Shown here piece after piece: positions 35,036 through 45,578 of a stretch of DNA of 64,000 nucleotides. This DNA comes from Eshraghiella crossota (GTDB lineage: Bacteria > Bacillota > Clostridia > Oscillospirales > Acutalibacteraceae). How positions within the stretch are numbered: position 1 is the first letter of the stretch; every line of letters starts with the position of its first letter. Made by a program: the position numbers and the translations under genes. The DNA is taken from contig CAVFQD010000001.1 in NCBI GenBank assembly GCA_963624605.1, forward strand, positions 2,441 to 66,440, in the 5' to 3' direction. Below the pieces are notes generated by a model, which did not search any database, was not told the origin of the DNA, and saw nothing but the letters and a program-made list of their open reading frames with translations.

Positions 35036-36298
35036 ATGAAAAACAAAGGGCAGAATTATACAATAAAGCAGATTGATCTTTCAAAAAAAAACGGAGTTAC
35101 CGATAAAAGCCTTGATTACCTTTTTGAATACACAACCGTGGACGAGGGTAGCGGTTATCTCGGACATCCCGACAGCGTGCTGTTAAAGAACGGCGATATT
35201 CTTACCTTTTATCCCGAGGGTCACGGAAAGGGACGGGTATTGTCAAAGCGCAGTACCGACGGCGGCAGGACATATCTTGACGGCGACGGCGTAAAAAATC
35301 CTCCTGATAGCTGGAAGCTGTCAAAGGAAACTCCGACGGTTTACAGGCTCAGCTTTTGTGAGCACGATTGGAACGATAAACTGATACTTATATGCGGCAA
35401 CCCGAAGTGGTGGGATGAAAAGACCTCCACGGGAGGCTTCAACTGCTCTGTTTCCGATGACGAGGGCGAGAACTTTTCCGAATTTGAGCTCTTCTTTAAG
35501 GGTGAGATTTATCCGATAGTGGCAATGAGCTCGCTTACACAGCTTAAAAAGGACGGAAAGTTCATTGATAAGTGGATGGGACTTTTTCACGATAAGAATT
35601 TTGTCAACTACAAGACCTTTCTGACCTTTGACGGAAACGGCAAAGTACATTGGACAACGCCCGTGCCGTATTTTTCGGCGTACAGGGAAATTGAAAAGAA
35701 ATCGCAGATGTGCGAGGTTGAATGCGTGAGAAGCGACGGCGGCAACGGCAATGAGCTTATGCTTATTACCAGAAGCAATTCCAAAAGGATGAATTCGCTT
35801 CTGTCGTTTTCAACGGACGAGGGAGAAACATGGTCACAGCCCGTCTTTGCACCGAGCGCAATAAACGGCGAACGCCACAAAGCGGATTATCTTCCCGACG
35901 GCAGGTTGTTTATCACATTCCGCTCGATTGAAAGGGACAGAAGGAAAAATTTCAAATACAGTGAAAAGAAGCTTCGGGGCTGGTATTCCGAGGGCTGGAT
36001 TGCCTGGGTCGGAAGCTATGACGACATTAAAAACGGCAGAGAGGGCGATTACAGAATTAAGGTGGCGCACACATATCTTCCGAATCAGACCGAGCCGTCC
36101 GTTACAGCAAATGCGGACACGGCATATTGCGGAAATGCGGTTTTGCCCGACGGCACGGTTGTTACCTCCTCATACGGAATTTTCTCCCCCGAAAAAAAGG
36201 CGCACGGCACATATTCGACCGATAAGGGAAAGCTCAAACGCAAGACCTTTATAGTCTCAAAGCGTATTAAAATAAAGGATGTTGAAAAGCTTTTATGA
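35036..36298 (+). CDS. BNR/Asp-box repeat protein, sialidase (GH33)-like
   Basis: Asp-box motifs STDGGRTY, SDDEGENF and STDEGETW. No signal peptide is evident. Confidence 0.65.
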   Translation: MKNKGQNYTIKQIDLSKKNGVTDKSLDYLFEYTTVDEGSGYLGHPDSVLLKNGDILTFYPEGHGKGRVLSKRSTDGGRTYLDGDGVKNPPDSWKLSKETPTVYRLSFCEHDWNDKLILICGNPKWWDEKTSTGGFNCSVSDDEGENFSEFELFFKGEIYPIVAMSSLTQLKKDGKFIDKWMGLFHDKNFVNYKTFLTFDGNGKVHWTTPVPYFSAYREIEKKSQMCEVECVRSDGGNGNELMLITRSNSKRMNSLLSFSTDEGETWSQPVFAPSAINGERHKADYLPDGRLFITFRSIERDRRKNFKYSEKKLRGWYSEGWIAWVGSYDDIKNGREGDYRIKVAHTYLPNQTEPSVTANADTAYCGNAVLPDGTVVTSSYGIFSPEKKAHGTYSTDKGKLKRKTFIVSKRIKIKDVEKLL

Positions 36299-37071
36299 AA
36301 ACAGAAAAATTAAAGCCCGTAAGCGTACCGAAAATCATTGCGGGAACGGTAATTTTTATACTTTTTACCCCGTTTGTGTCATTTGTGCTTAACTCCGGAA
36401 GTATAATAGGTATGGCACTCGGAATTGCGGTTATACTGTCGGGTGTGTTTTCGCAGAGGATAAAGAGCGCAATATCCGAAATTAAAAAGAAAAAGGGCGG
36501 TAGAGCGGTGCTGAAAATTCTTACGGTAATTCTTATAATTTTTGCGGTTTACTGCACGGCGGTTACCGTGAAAATACTGTCGTTCAGGGCGGACCCGCAC
36601 GGTATACCGACGGATACTCCGGCGATTGTCCTCGGCTGTAAGGTGAACGATGAAACGCCGAGCACAATGCTCGAAAAGCGTATTGCGGCGGCATATAAAT
36701 ATCTTGAGGAAAACGAAAACGCCGTTGTAATAGCTTCAGGCGGCAAGGGCGACGACGAAAATATATCCGAAGCCGAGGCTATCAGAAATTCTCTTGTAGA
36801 AAAGGGCATTTCTCCCGAGCGGATTATACTTGAGGACAAATCGACCTCGACGGCAGAAAATATGCTTTTTTCCAAAAGAATAATGGACGAAAACAATTTG
36901 GGTAACGAAGCGGTTATAATAACAACGGACTTTCACCAGTTCCGTTCGACACTGCTTGCAAAGCGAAACGGGATAGAGCCGTACAGTATAAGCTCGAAAT
37001 CAAAGCCGTTTTCGCTTCCGACGGTCATTGTCAGGGAGTGGTTTGCTTTTCTCGCGACGCTTTTGAAATAA
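36295..37071 (+). CDS. YdcF/ElyC/SanA family (DUF218) protein
   Basis: N-terminal TM segments followed by a DUF218 core (IVLGCKV..., ASGGKG, TSTAENM, ITTDFHQFRS). Confidence 0.8.
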   Translation: MKTEKLKPVSVPKIIAGTVIFILFTPFVSFVLNSGSIIGMALGIAVILSGVFSQRIKSAISEIKKKKGGRAVLKILTVILIIFAVYCTAVTVKILSFRADPHGIPTDTPAIVLGCKVNDETPSTMLEKRIAAAYKYLEENENAVVIASGGKGDDENISEAEAIRNSLVEKGISPERIILEDKSTSTAENMLFSKRIMDENNLGNEAVIITTDFHQFRSTLLAKRNGIEPYSISSKSKPFSLPTVIVREWFAFLATLLK

Positions 37072-37075
37072 ACGC

Positions 37076-37104
37076 TTGACAAACACTCGGCGTTTTAGTA
37101 TAAT
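37076..37104 (+). promoter_or_regulatory. consensus sigma-A promoter of infC-rpmI-rplT
   Basis: TTGACA (37076-37081), a 17-nt spacer, then TATAAT (37099-37104). Confidence 0.7.
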
Positions 37105-37251
37105 ATCTGCACAACAAAGAAGAACACCCGTTCTCACCTGTGATTTTTAATGAAACAGGTCAATACTTTTTAGGACCTCGGTCTTATTGTGTGTATTGAG
37201 CGTGAACGGTTTTTGTTCACGCTTTAATTTATTGTTTAGGGGTGATTATCC
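37105..37251 (+). promoter_or_regulatory. structured infC leader with intrinsic terminator (L20-leader-type attenuator candidate)
   Basis: About 150-nt leader. It contains hairpin ACCTGT...ACAGGT and terminator AGCGTGAAC-ggttttt-GTTCACGCT followed by TTAATTT (37199-37230), just before infC. This position is as in Firmicutes L20 autoregulation. Confidence 0.5.
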
Positions 37252-37266
37252 ATCGCTGTCAAAGAA

Positions 37267-37776
37267 ATGCAACTCAATGAAGAAATCCGTGATAAGGAAG
37301 TCAGAGTTATCTCTGCGGACGGAGAACAGTTAGGTATTATGTCCGCCAAGGAAGCCCTCAAAAAGGCTGAAGAGAAAAATCTCGACCTCGTTAAAATCGC
37401 ACCGCAGGCTCAGCCTCCCGTGTGCAAGATTATGGACTACGGCAAATACAGATTTGAGCAGACGAAAAAAGAGAAAGAGTCGAAGAAAAACCAGCGTATA
37501 ATCGAGACAAAGGAAATCAGACTTTCTCTCAACATCGACACGCACGATTTCGATACGAAGGCTAATCAGGCGATGAAATTCTTAAAGACCGGTCACAAGG
37601 TCAAGGTTTCGATTCGTTTCAGAGGACGCGAGATGGCTCATCCGCAAATCGGCGAGGAAACAATGAAGAAGTTTGCCGAGGTTTGCTCGGAGCTTTCATC
37701 GGTTGAAAAACCCGCAAAGCTTGAGGGCAGACAGATGCTTATGTTCTTAGCACCGTTATCGGCTAAAAACAAGTAA
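37267..37776 (+). CDS. infC: translation initiation factor IF-3
   Basis: The INEEIR-type N-terminus ([14 protein letters not shown]) and conserved C-domain are present. The true start may be the in-frame non-AUG ATC at 37252, after AGGGGTGA. Confidence 0.9.
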   Translation: MQLNEEIRDKEVRVISADGEQLGIMSAKEALKKAEEKNLDLVKIAPQAQPPVCKIMDYGKYRFEQTKKEKESKKNQRIIETKEIRLSLNIDTHDFDTKANQAMKFLKTGHKVKVSIRFRGREMAHPQIGEETMKKFAEVCSELSSVEKPAKLEGRQMLMFLAPLSAKNK

Positions 37777-37805
37777 GTAAACAAATCATTCAGGAGGAAA
37801 TAGAA

Positions 37806-38003
37806 ATGCCTAAAATTAAAACACATTCGGGAGCAAAAAAACGCTTCAAATTATCAAAGAACGGTAAGCCGATCAGAGCGCACGCTTACAAGTCTCACAT
37901 TCTCAACAAGAAATCTACGAAGAGAAAAAGAAATCTTCGCAAGACCGCAGTTGCAGACGTAACGAATCAGAAGCAGATCAAGCGTCTTGTTCCTTACAAA
38001 TAA
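37806..38003 (+). CDS. rpmI: 50S ribosomal protein L35
   Basis: [15 protein letters not shown]... 65 aa. Confidence 0.95.
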   Translation: MPKIKTHSGAKKRFKLSKNGKPIRAHAYKSHILNKKSTKRKRNLRKTAVADVTNQKQIKRLVPYK

Positions 38004-38059
38004 TCAATAAATCAAATGCGGTTTTCGACCGTTTTCACAAATTTTCGGAGGTAGAATAA

Positions 38060-38416
38060 ATGGCACGTATTAAGGGTGCGATGATGACTCGCAAAAGAAG
38101 AAACAAAACATTAAAGCTCGCAAAGGGCTACTACGGCTCAAAGTCAAGGCTTTTCAAGACTGCTAAGCAGGCAGTTATGAAGTCCGGTCAGTATGCATAT
38201 ATCGGCAGAAAGCAGAAGAAGAGAGAATTCAGAAAGCTCTGGATAACAAGAATTTCCGCAGCTTGCAAAATGAACGGTATGAATTATTCAACATTCATCA
38301 ACGGTCTTAATAAGGCAGGCGTTTCATTAAACCGTAAAATGCTTTCCGAAATAGCTATTTCGGATCCCGCAGCTTTCACAGCTCTTACAGAGCAGGCTAA
38401 AGCGGCACTTAAATAA
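38060..38416 (+). CDS. rplT: 50S ribosomal protein L20
   Basis: [26 protein letters not shown]... 118 aa. Confidence 0.95.
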   Translation: MARIKGAMMTRKRRNKTLKLAKGYYGSKSRLFKTAKQAVMKSGQYAYIGRKQKKREFRKLWITRISAACKMNGMNYSTFINGLNKAGVSLNRKMLSEIAISDPAAFTALTEQAKAALK

Positions 38417-38421
38417 GCTGG

Positions 38422-38456
38422 AACCACGCCTTGTTTTCGGGGCGTGGTTAATTTTT
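38422..38456 (+). terminator. rho-independent terminator after rplT
   Basis: AACCACGCC-loop-GGCGTGGTT followed by AATTTTT. Confidence 0.75.
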
Positions 38457-38461
38457 GCGTT

Positions 38462-39247
38462 ATGAATTACATTGAAATCACTTCAAGAAACAACGAGAAA
38501 ATAAAGTCGGTCGCAAAGCTTGTCTCAAGCTCAAGGGAGCGCAAAAGCACCTCGCTTTTCGTTCTGGAGGGGGCAAGGCTTTGCTTTGACGCCGCAAAGA
38601 GCGGATACACGGTAAAGGAAGCGTATTTTACCTGCGCCGCCGTTTCTAAATTTTCGGACTACACGGATTTTATTTCCGAAAATGCCGAAAGCGTTTATAT
38701 GATAACCGAGGAGGTTTCGGAAAAGCTTTCGGACACGGTAAATTCGCAGGGGGTTTTTTGCGTTGTCGAAATGAAACACCGCAAGGGGTTTGAAATCGAG
38801 AGCACAAAGAAGTATATCGCACTTGAAAATGTCCAAAATCCGCAAAATCTCGGCTCCGTGGCAAGAACCGCGGAGGCACTCGGTATTGACGGAATAATCG
38901 TTTGCGGCGGCTGTGATATGTATAACCCAAAGGCACTGCGTGCGTCTATGGGCAGCCTTTTGCGTATTCCGATTATAGCGGTTGATAACCTCGTGAAAAC
39001 GCTTTCACAGGCAAACAAAGATGGTATGCTCACTGCGGTTACCGTACCCGACGATGGCGCACGGGATATTACAAAAACCGATTTTTCCGGCGGCGTGATA
39101 GCCGTTATCGGAAACGAGGGCAACGGCGTTACTGAAAATGTCAAAAATGTCGCAAAGGAAAAAATCACAATAAAAATGAAAGGCGAGGCAGAGTCGCTCA
39201 ACGCCTCTGTTGCCGCCGTTATCACAATGTGGGAAATAATGAGATGA
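38462..39247 (+). CDS. TrmH/SpoU family RNA 2'-O-methyltransferase
   Basis: SpoU-type motifs (NVQNPQNLGSVARTAEALG, IGNEGNGV, LNASVAAVI). The ATG at 38462 is chosen because the GTG at 38444 lies in the terminator stem. Confidence 0.85.
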   Translation: MNYIEITSRNNEKIKSVAKLVSSSRERKSTSLFVLEGARLCFDAAKSGYTVKEAYFTCAAVSKFSDYTDFISENAESVYMITEEVSEKLSDTVNSQGVFCVVEMKHRKGFEIESTKKYIALENVQNPQNLGSVARTAEALGIDGIIVCGGCDMYNPKALRASMGSLLRIPIIAVDNLVKTLSQANKDGMLTAVTVPDDGARDITKTDFSGGVIAVIGNEGNGVTENVKNVAKEKITIKMKGEAESLNASVAAVITMWEIMR

Positions 39248-40458
39248 AAGACTGTGAGTATTGGATTTGGCTCCAGAACGCCTACGGCGCGGGAGCTAAG
39301 ATAAAGCCCATAATCGAATATTTCGGCTCCCCGAGGGAACTGTACGAGGCAGGTAGCTACGAATGGCGTATTTCGGGAATTGTTGACCAAAAGCATGTTC
39401 AGAGACTTCTTGAACACAGCCCGTCGGAGTCGGCTCGCATAATGCGGGTTTGCGAGGACAGGCATTGGGATATAATAACTCCGCAGGACGCGTATTATCC
39501 GTTTTTGCTCTCGCAGATTTCCGATTTGCCGGCAGTGCTTTATGCGGACGGTGATACGGACGCTTTGATGACCGAAGCTAACATCGCAATGGTCGGAACA
39601 AGAAATGCTTCCGTACAGGGATGTAAGGTTGCGGGCGCAATAGCGCAAAGGCTTTCGCTTGCCGGTATGACCGTGGTTTCGGGCGGTGCGCTCGGAATTG
39701 ACGCCGCCTCTCACGAGGGAGCTTTGAGCGCAGGCAAAAAGACGGTAGCCGTGCTCGGCTGCGGTCTCGGGACTGATTATCTTAAAACCAACGAGGCTTT
39801 GCGTAACAGGATAAAGAAAAACGGCGTGCTCATAACCGAGTTTCCGCCTTTTTCACAGGCTTCAAGAGCTTCTTTCCCCAAGCGTAACAGGATTATTTCG
39901 GGTATGTCTCTTGCGACGGTTGTCGTTGAGGCAGGCGAGAAAAGCGGTTCTCTCATCACCGCAAAGGACGCTTTGGCGCAGGGCAGAGGACTCTATGCCG
40001 TGCCCGGCGATTTGTTTTCATCTGCCTATTCGGGCACTTCGGAAATAATAAACGAGGGGGCAAAGCCTCTTTTCAATGCGAGAGAAATCGTTGAGGATTT
40101 TATGGACGATTTTCCCGAAAAATTCGACCTCGCTCTTGCCGACGAACCGTTTGCGGTTATGCTGTCGAGGAGTGACGGCGCATTTTCTCACAGTATTGAG
40201 CATTCGGCGGAGCCCGTGAAAACCGTCAAACGGGAAAGCGTATCCGAAAGACCCGTAAAGATGGAACCGAAGCCGTTGCCCGATACGGCAAGCGAAACCG
40301 CAAAAAAGATTTATGCGGCAATAGACGGCGAGACGGAATTTGACGCCATCGTCGAAAAATCGGGACTTAATGTTGTAAAGGTACTTTCGGGAATTACCGA
40401 GCTTGAAATGCACTCTGTTATCGAGGTGCTTCCCGGCAGAAAATATAAAAAAATATAG
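39244..40458 (+). CDS. dprA: DNA-processing protein DprA
   Basis: Rossmann-like core VSGGALGIDAASHEGAL...FPKRNRIISG. The ATG at 39244 forms an ATGA overlap with the upstream stop. Confidence 0.9.
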   Translation: MKDCEYWIWLQNAYGAGAKIKPIIEYFGSPRELYEAGSYEWRISGIVDQKHVQRLLEHSPSESARIMRVCEDRHWDIITPQDAYYPFLLSQISDLPAVLYADGDTDALMTEANIAMVGTRNASVQGCKVAGAIAQRLSLAGMTVVSGGALGIDAASHEGALSAGKKTVAVLGCGLGTDYLKTNEALRNRIKKNGVLITEFPPFSQASRASFPKRNRIISGMSLATVVVEAGEKSGSLITAKDALAQGRGLYAVPGDLFSSAYSGTSEIINEGAKPLFNAREIVEDFMDDFPEKFDLALADEPFAVMLSRSDGAFSHSIEHSAEPVKTVKRESVSERPVKMEPKPLPDTASETAKKIYAAIDGETEFDAIVEKSGLNVVKVLSGITELEMHSVIEVLPGRKYKKI

Positions 40459-40475
40459 TATAGGATGATTTTAAT

Positions 40476-42605
40476 ATGTCGAAATTAGTAATAGTTGAGT
40501 CTCCTTCAAAGGCAAAAACAATCCAGAAATATCTCGGCAAGGACTATAAGGTTACGGCTTCCGTAGGTCATATCAGGGATTTGCCTTCGTCAAGGCTCAG
40601 CGTTGATGTTAAGAACGACTTTGCGCCCAAATATGCTATTGTCAAGGGCAAGGAAAAGCTTGTCAAGGAGCTCAAGGAAATGGTTAAGGAGTCGGACGGC
40701 GTTTATCTCGCAACCGACCCCGACCGCGAGGGAGAGGCTATTTCGTGGCACCTTGCCACTGTTCTCGGACTTGACACAAATGACGAAAACAGGGTTAAGT
40801 TCAACGAAATCAACAAAACAAGCGTTGTTAAGGGTATAGAGCACCCCGAAAAGATTGACCTTGACCTTGTTGACGCACAGCAGGCAAGAAGAATACTCGA
40901 CAGGCTTGTCGGCTATAAATTAAGCCCGTTTGTTTCGCAGAAGATAAGAAAGGGGCTTTCAGCCGGCAGAGTTCAGTCGGTTGCAGTACGCCTTATCGTT
41001 GACAGGGAAGAGGAAATCAGAGCGTTTGTGCCCGAGGAATACTGGACGCTTGACGCAAAGCTTACCGCTCCCGGTTCGAGGAAGGCTTTCTGCGCCTCGT
41101 TTACGGGCGATGAAACAGGAAAGGTAAAAATTGCCGACAAGGCTCAGGCGGACGCATATCTTGCAAGACTTGACGGTGCGGAATATACGGTAGACTCCGT
41201 GAAAGAGGGCACAAGAAGGCGTCAGCCCGCACCACCCTTTACAACCTCGACACTTCAGCAGGACGCATCGAGGAAACTCGGCTATCAGGGCAGAAAGACC
41301 ATGAAGATAGCACAGGAGCTTTACGAAGGTATGGAAATCAAGGGTATGGGCGCAATGGGTCTTATAACCTATATGAGAACAGACTCGCTTCGTATCTCCG
41401 AGGAAGCTCGTGCGGCGGCAAACGACTATATAACCGAAACCTACGGCAAGAATTATCTCCCCGAAAAACCGAGATATTTCAAAACAAAGGCAAACGCACA
41501 GGACGGACACGAGGCAATAAGACCCACAACTCCGTCACTTTCTCCCGACAAGGTAAAGGACAGCCTTACGGTTGAGCAGTATAAGCTCTATTCGCTTATC
41601 TGGAAACGCTTTATGGCAAGTCTTATGGCGGCTTGCGTACAGGACACCGTAAAGGTCGGCATTAAAGCTGCAACCGAAAAGGATAAATCAGAGGGCAAGT
41701 ACTGTGAATTTTCTGCTTCGGGCTATACCGTTAAATTCGACGGTTACACAAAGCTCTATGAGGTCTCAACGGACGATGACGAGGACGCAGAGAGCGTACT
41801 GCCTCCGATAAAGGCAAACGATGTTCTCAAGCTGAAAGCTCTTGACGGCAACCAGCACTTTACACAGCCGCCCGCAAGATACACCGAAGCGGCTCTTATA
41901 AAGGCACTTGAGGAGACGGGAGTCGGCAGACCGAGCACCTATGTTTCGATAGTTTCGACAATTCTCGCAAGAGAGTATGTTGTCAGGGAGCAAAAGCAAT
42001 TAAAGCCCACCGAGCTCGGCGAGGCGGTTGTAAACCTGCTCAAACAGCAGTTCCCGAATATAGTAAATGTCAAGTTTACGGCTAATATGGAATCCGATCT
42101 CGACAAGGTTGAGAGCGGAGAGGTCGACTATATAAAAATGCTTCACACTTTCTATGACGGCTTCGAGAAGAGCCTTGAAAAAGCCAAGGAGGAGATGTCG
42201 GGCGTTAAAATTCAGCTTAAAGAGGATGTTACCGACATTCCCTGCGAAAAGTGCGGCAGAATGATGGTGGTCAAGGTCGGCAGATTCGGTAAATTCCTTG
42301 CCTGCCCCGGCTATCCCGAGTGTAAGAATACCAAACCGTATGTCGTTCAGACGAGCGCAAAATGCCCGTTGTGCGGCGGCAATGTTATCGAAAAGAAATC
42401 AAAGAGAGGCTACGCATTCTACGGCTGCGACAACTATCCCGAGTGTAACTTTATGACCTGGGATAAGCCCACGGACGAGGTGTGTCCCAAGTGCGGTAAA
42501 TCACTGTTTAAGCGCAAGGGTGGACTGCTTGTGTGCCTTGACGAAAAATGCGGCTTTGAAAAGAAAGCCGAGCGCAAGAAAAGAACCAAAAAAGAGGAAG
42601 AATAA
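40476..42605 (+). CDS. topA: DNA topoisomerase I
   Basis: 709 aa. Toprim start KLVIVESPSKAKTI, the active-site region, and three C-terminal Zn-ribbon motifs. Confidence 0.95.
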   Translation: MSKLVIVESPSKAKTIQKYLGKDYKVTASVGHIRDLPSSRLSVDVKNDFAPKYAIVKGKEKLVKELKEMVKESDGVYLATDPDREGEAISWHLATVLGLDTNDENRVKFNEINKTSVVKGIEHPEKIDLDLVDAQQARRILDRLVGYKLSPFVSQKIRKGLSAGRVQSVAVRLIVDREEEIRAFVPEEYWTLDAKLTAPGSRKAFCASFTGDETGKVKIADKAQADAYLARLDGAEYTVDSVKEGTRRRQPAPPFTTSTLQQDASRKLGYQGRKTMKIAQELYEGMEIKGMGAMGLITYMRTDSLRISEEARAAANDYITETYGKNYLPEKPRYFKTKANAQDGHEAIRPTTPSLSPDKVKDSLTVEQYKLYSLIWKRFMASLMAACVQDTVKVGIKAATEKDKSEGKYCEFSASGYTVKFDGYTKLYEVSTDDDEDAESVLPPIKANDVLKLKALDGNQHFTQPPARYTEAALIKALEETGVGRPSTYVSIVSTILAREYVVREQKQLKPTELGEAVVNLLKQQFPNIVNVKFTANMESDLDKVESGEVDYIKMLHTFYDGFEKSLEKAKEEMSGVKIQLKEDVTDIPCEKCGRMMVVKVGRFGKFLACPGYPECKNTKPYVVQTSAKCPLCGGNVIEKKSKRGYAFYGCDNYPECNFMTWDKPTDEVCPKCGKSLFKRKGGLLVCLDEKCGFEKKAERKKRTKKEEE

Positions 42606-43916
42606 ATGAAGGCGGCTGTTATAGGCGCAGGTCTTGCAGGGTGCGAGGCGGCGTGGCAACTGAATATGGCGGGAATCGAAACCGAGCTTTACGAAATGAA
42701 GCCGCAAAAGCGTTCACCCGCGCATAAAACGGATTTATTCGCAGAGCTTGTGTGCTCAAACTCTTTGAAAGCGCAGAGATTAAATTCCGCAGCAGGTCTT
42801 TTGAAGGAGGAAATGCGTACATTTTCCTCCGTATGCGTTGAGTCGGCATTGGAGAATTCCGTTCCGGCAGGCGGTGCTCTGGCAGTTGACAGGGACCTCT
42901 TTTCAAAAGCCGTTACCGAGAAAATAAAGGCTTGCAAAAATATTAAAATAATAAACGAAGAAGTGACATCACTCCCCGAAGCGGACGCGGTAATCATTGC
43001 CGCAGGACCGTTGGCAAGCGACGGCATTTCAAAAACCATACATACTCTGTGCCGTGACGGGCTTTCGTTCTACGATGCTGCGGCGCCCATCGTTTCGGCG
43101 GAGAGCGTGGATATGGACTTCGCCTTTACCCAGTCGAGATACGACAGGGGCGGCGAGGACGACTATATAAACTGCCCTATGAACAAGGAGCAGTACGAGG
43201 CGTTTTATGAGGCGATAATTTCAGCCGAGAGCGCAGAGCTTCATTCGTTTGACAAGAAAAAGGATGTTTATGAGGGCTGTATGCCCATTGAGGTTCTGGC
43301 TTCACGGGGCAAGGATACAATGCGCTACGGACCGCTCAAGCCCGTCGGACTTGTTGACCCGAGAACGGGGCACAGACCGTGGGCAAATCTTCAGTTGAGA
43401 AAGGAAAACAGACAGGGTACGATGTACAACCTTGTCGGCTTTCAGACAAACCTTAAATTTTCCGAACAAAAAAGAGTGTTTTCGATGTTCCCCGCACTTC
43501 ACAATGCGGAGTTTTTACGCTACGGCGTAATGCACAGGAACACATTTATAAATTCGCCCGAATATCTTTGCTCCGATTTCAGCCTGCGTGAGCATAAAAA
43601 CATTTTCTTCGCAGGTCAGATAACGGGCGTTGAGGGCTATATGGAGTCTGCGGCTTCGGGAATAATGGCAGGGCTCAACTGTGCGCGCAGACTTTCGGGA
43701 AAGGAAACCGTTACCCTGCCCGAAACCACAATGATAGGCGCGCTCTCACGGTATATAAGCGACGAAACGGTTAAAAATTTTCAGCCGATGGGCGCAAACT
43801 TCGGCGTTTTGCCGCCGCTCCCTGATAAGATAAGGGATAAGAGCGAAAGATATTCTGCGTTGGCTTACAGAGCAATGGACAGTTTAAAGGCCTTCAAAGG
43901 AGAAAACGGTATATGA
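42606..43916 (+). CDS. trmFO: methylenetetrahydrofolate--tRNA-(uracil-5-)-methyltransferase TrmFO
   Basis: 436 aa. FAD-binding VIGAGLAGCEAAWQL and conserved CSNSLK. Confidence 0.95.
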   Translation: MKAAVIGAGLAGCEAAWQLNMAGIETELYEMKPQKRSPAHKTDLFAELVCSNSLKAQRLNSAAGLLKEEMRTFSSVCVESALENSVPAGGALAVDRDLFSKAVTEKIKACKNIKIINEEVTSLPEADAVIIAAGPLASDGISKTIHTLCRDGLSFYDAAAPIVSAESVDMDFAFTQSRYDRGGEDDYINCPMNKEQYEAFYEAIISAESAELHSFDKKKDVYEGCMPIEVLASRGKDTMRYGPLKPVGLVDPRTGHRPWANLQLRKENRQGTMYNLVGFQTNLKFSEQKRVFSMFPALHNAEFLRYGVMHRNTFINSPEYLCSDFSLREHKNIFFAGQITGVEGYMESAASGIMAGLNCARRLSGKETVTLPETTMIGALSRYISDETVKNFQPMGANFGVLPPLPDKIRDKSERYSALAYRAMDSLKAFKGENGI

Positions 43917-44917
43917 AGATAATTGTTGACGCATTTGGCGGAGATAACGCTCCGCTCGAAATAATAAAGGGCTGTATCGAGGCGCAAAAGGAATTCGGCG
44001 TTGATATAATGCTCACGGGCGACAGGAATAAAATCGAAAAATGCGCAAAGGATAATTCCCTTGACATTTCTTCCTTTGAGATAAAGCAGGCGGATACGGT
44101 TTTTGAAATGACAACTCCGCCCACGGAAATACTCAAATCAAAAAGAGGTACTTCCCTCGGCGTAGGTCTTGACGCACTCGCACTCGGCGAGGGCGACGCC
44201 TTTGTGTCTGCGGGAAGCACGGGTGCGATTTTAGTCGGCGGCACGCTTATAGTAAAGCGCATAAAAGGTGTAAAAAGACCCTGTCTCGGCGCGGTTATGC
44301 CTACGAGCGCAGGTCCGTTCATACTTGTGGATACGGGAGCGAATGTCGAGTGCACGCCCGATATGCTCTGCCAGTTTGCAAGGCTAGGAAGCCTTTATAT
44401 GGAGAAAATAATGGGTATTTCCTCTCCCCGTGTTGCACTCGCAAACATCGGTGCGGAGGAGACAAAGGGCACTCCGATGCTGGTTGAAACCTATAAAAAA
44501 TTAGGCGCTCTCGACGGCATAAACTTCACGGGAAACATCGAGGTTCGCAACATAGCTTTCGGCGAGGCGGATGTTGTCGTTGCCGACGGCTTTACGGGCA
44601 ATGTTATTGTGAAAATGTACGAGGGCGTTGCGAAATCAATTACAAATCAGATTAAAGAAATATTTATGAAAAACCTGTTCTCCAAGCTTTCGTATCTCGG
44701 CATAAAGTCGGGAATGGACGAATTTAAGGAGAAGATGAACTATAAAAAGTACGGCGGTGCGCCGCTGATAGGCGTTAAGAAGCCTGTTATCAAGGCTCAC
44801 GGCTCATCGGACGCATATGCCTTCAAGAATGCCATAGGACAGGCGATAAAGTATATAGACAGCGGGTTTACAGATATTGTATCTCAGTCAATGAAAGACG
44901 GTGAAAAGGATGACTGA
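43913..44917 (+). CDS. plsX: phosphate acyltransferase PlsX
   Basis: MKIIVDAFGGDNAP... 334 aa. Confidence 0.95.
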   Translation: MKIIVDAFGGDNAPLEIIKGCIEAQKEFGVDIMLTGDRNKIEKCAKDNSLDISSFEIKQADTVFEMTTPPTEILKSKRGTSLGVGLDALALGEGDAFVSAGSTGAILVGGTLIVKRIKGVKRPCLGAVMPTSAGPFILVDTGANVECTPDMLCQFARLGSLYMEKIMGISSPRVALANIGAEETKGTPMLVETYKKLGALDGINFTGNIEVRNIAFGEADVVVADGFTGNVIVKMYEGVAKSITNQIKEIFMKNLFSKLSYLGIKSGMDEFKEKMNYKKYGGAPLIGVKKPVIKAHGSSDAYAFKNAIGQAIKYIDSGFTDIVSQSMKDGEKDD

Positions 44918-45578
44918 ACTTGAAAATGCAATAGGCTATTCGTTTAAGGACAAGAGCCTGCTTGACAGGGCTCTTACTCACTCCTCATACGCAAACGAGG
45001 TTTTGAGGGAATATAAGGACAATGAAAGACTTGAATTCTTGGGAGACTCGGTGCTCGGGTTTATCACTGCCGAGTATCTTTTCTCACGCCACGAGGATTT
45101 CCACGAGGGCGACCTCTCGAAGCTGCGTTCCTATGCGGTGTGCGAGAAATCGCTTTTTGAATTTGCGAAAAAGATTGATCTCGGCGAATATATCAAGCTG
45201 TCGCACGGCGAGGATATAACGGGCGGCAGAAACAGACCGTCGGTTTTGTCCGACGCGTTTGAGGCTGTCATAGCGGCTATCTATCTTGACGGAGGAATCG
45301 ATGAAGCGAAAAAATTCGTTTTGCGTTTCGTGGCTCCCTATGTTGAGACAAAGCCGAGCTTTAAGGATTACAAGACCATTTTGCAGGAGCTTGTGCAGAG
45401 AAATCACGGCGAGGAGCTGAAATATGTGCTTGTAAACGAGTCGGGTCCCGACCACGACAAGACCTTTGAGGTCGAGGTGCATCTGAACTCGAATGTAATA
45501 GGCAAGGGCATAGCCGGAAGCAAGAAAAAAGCCGAACAGGCGGCGGCAAAGCAGGCTTTGGAGTTGATGGGGATTTGA
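44901..45578 (+). CDS. rnc: ribonuclease III
   Basis: ERLEFLGDSVL signature and a C-terminal dsRBD (GSKKKAEQAAAKQAL). The start could be the GTG at 44901 or the ATG at 44910. Confidence 0.9.
   Translation: MKRMTELENAIGYSFKDKSLLDRALTHSSYANEVLREYKDNERLEFLGDSVLGFITAEYLFSRHEDFHEGDLSKLRSYAVCEKSLFEFAKKIDLGEYIKLSHGEDITGGRNRPSVLSDAFEAVIAAIYLDGGIDEAKKFVLRFVAPYVETKPSFKDYKTILQELVQRNHGEELKYVLVNESGPDHDKTFEVEVHLNSNVIGKGIAGSKKKAEQAAAKQALELMGI

Noticed and set aside
37105-37251. Possibility that the infC leader is a riboswitch of another class
   Set aside because: The position, length and terminator fit the well-known L20-dependent attenuator of Firmicutes. It is kept as a moderate-confidence L20-leader call only.
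38695-39714. 339-aa minus-strand ORF
   Set aside because: It lies entirely antisense to well-supported trmH-family and dprA genes and has low-complexity, Arg/Ser-rich composition. It is a shadow ORF.
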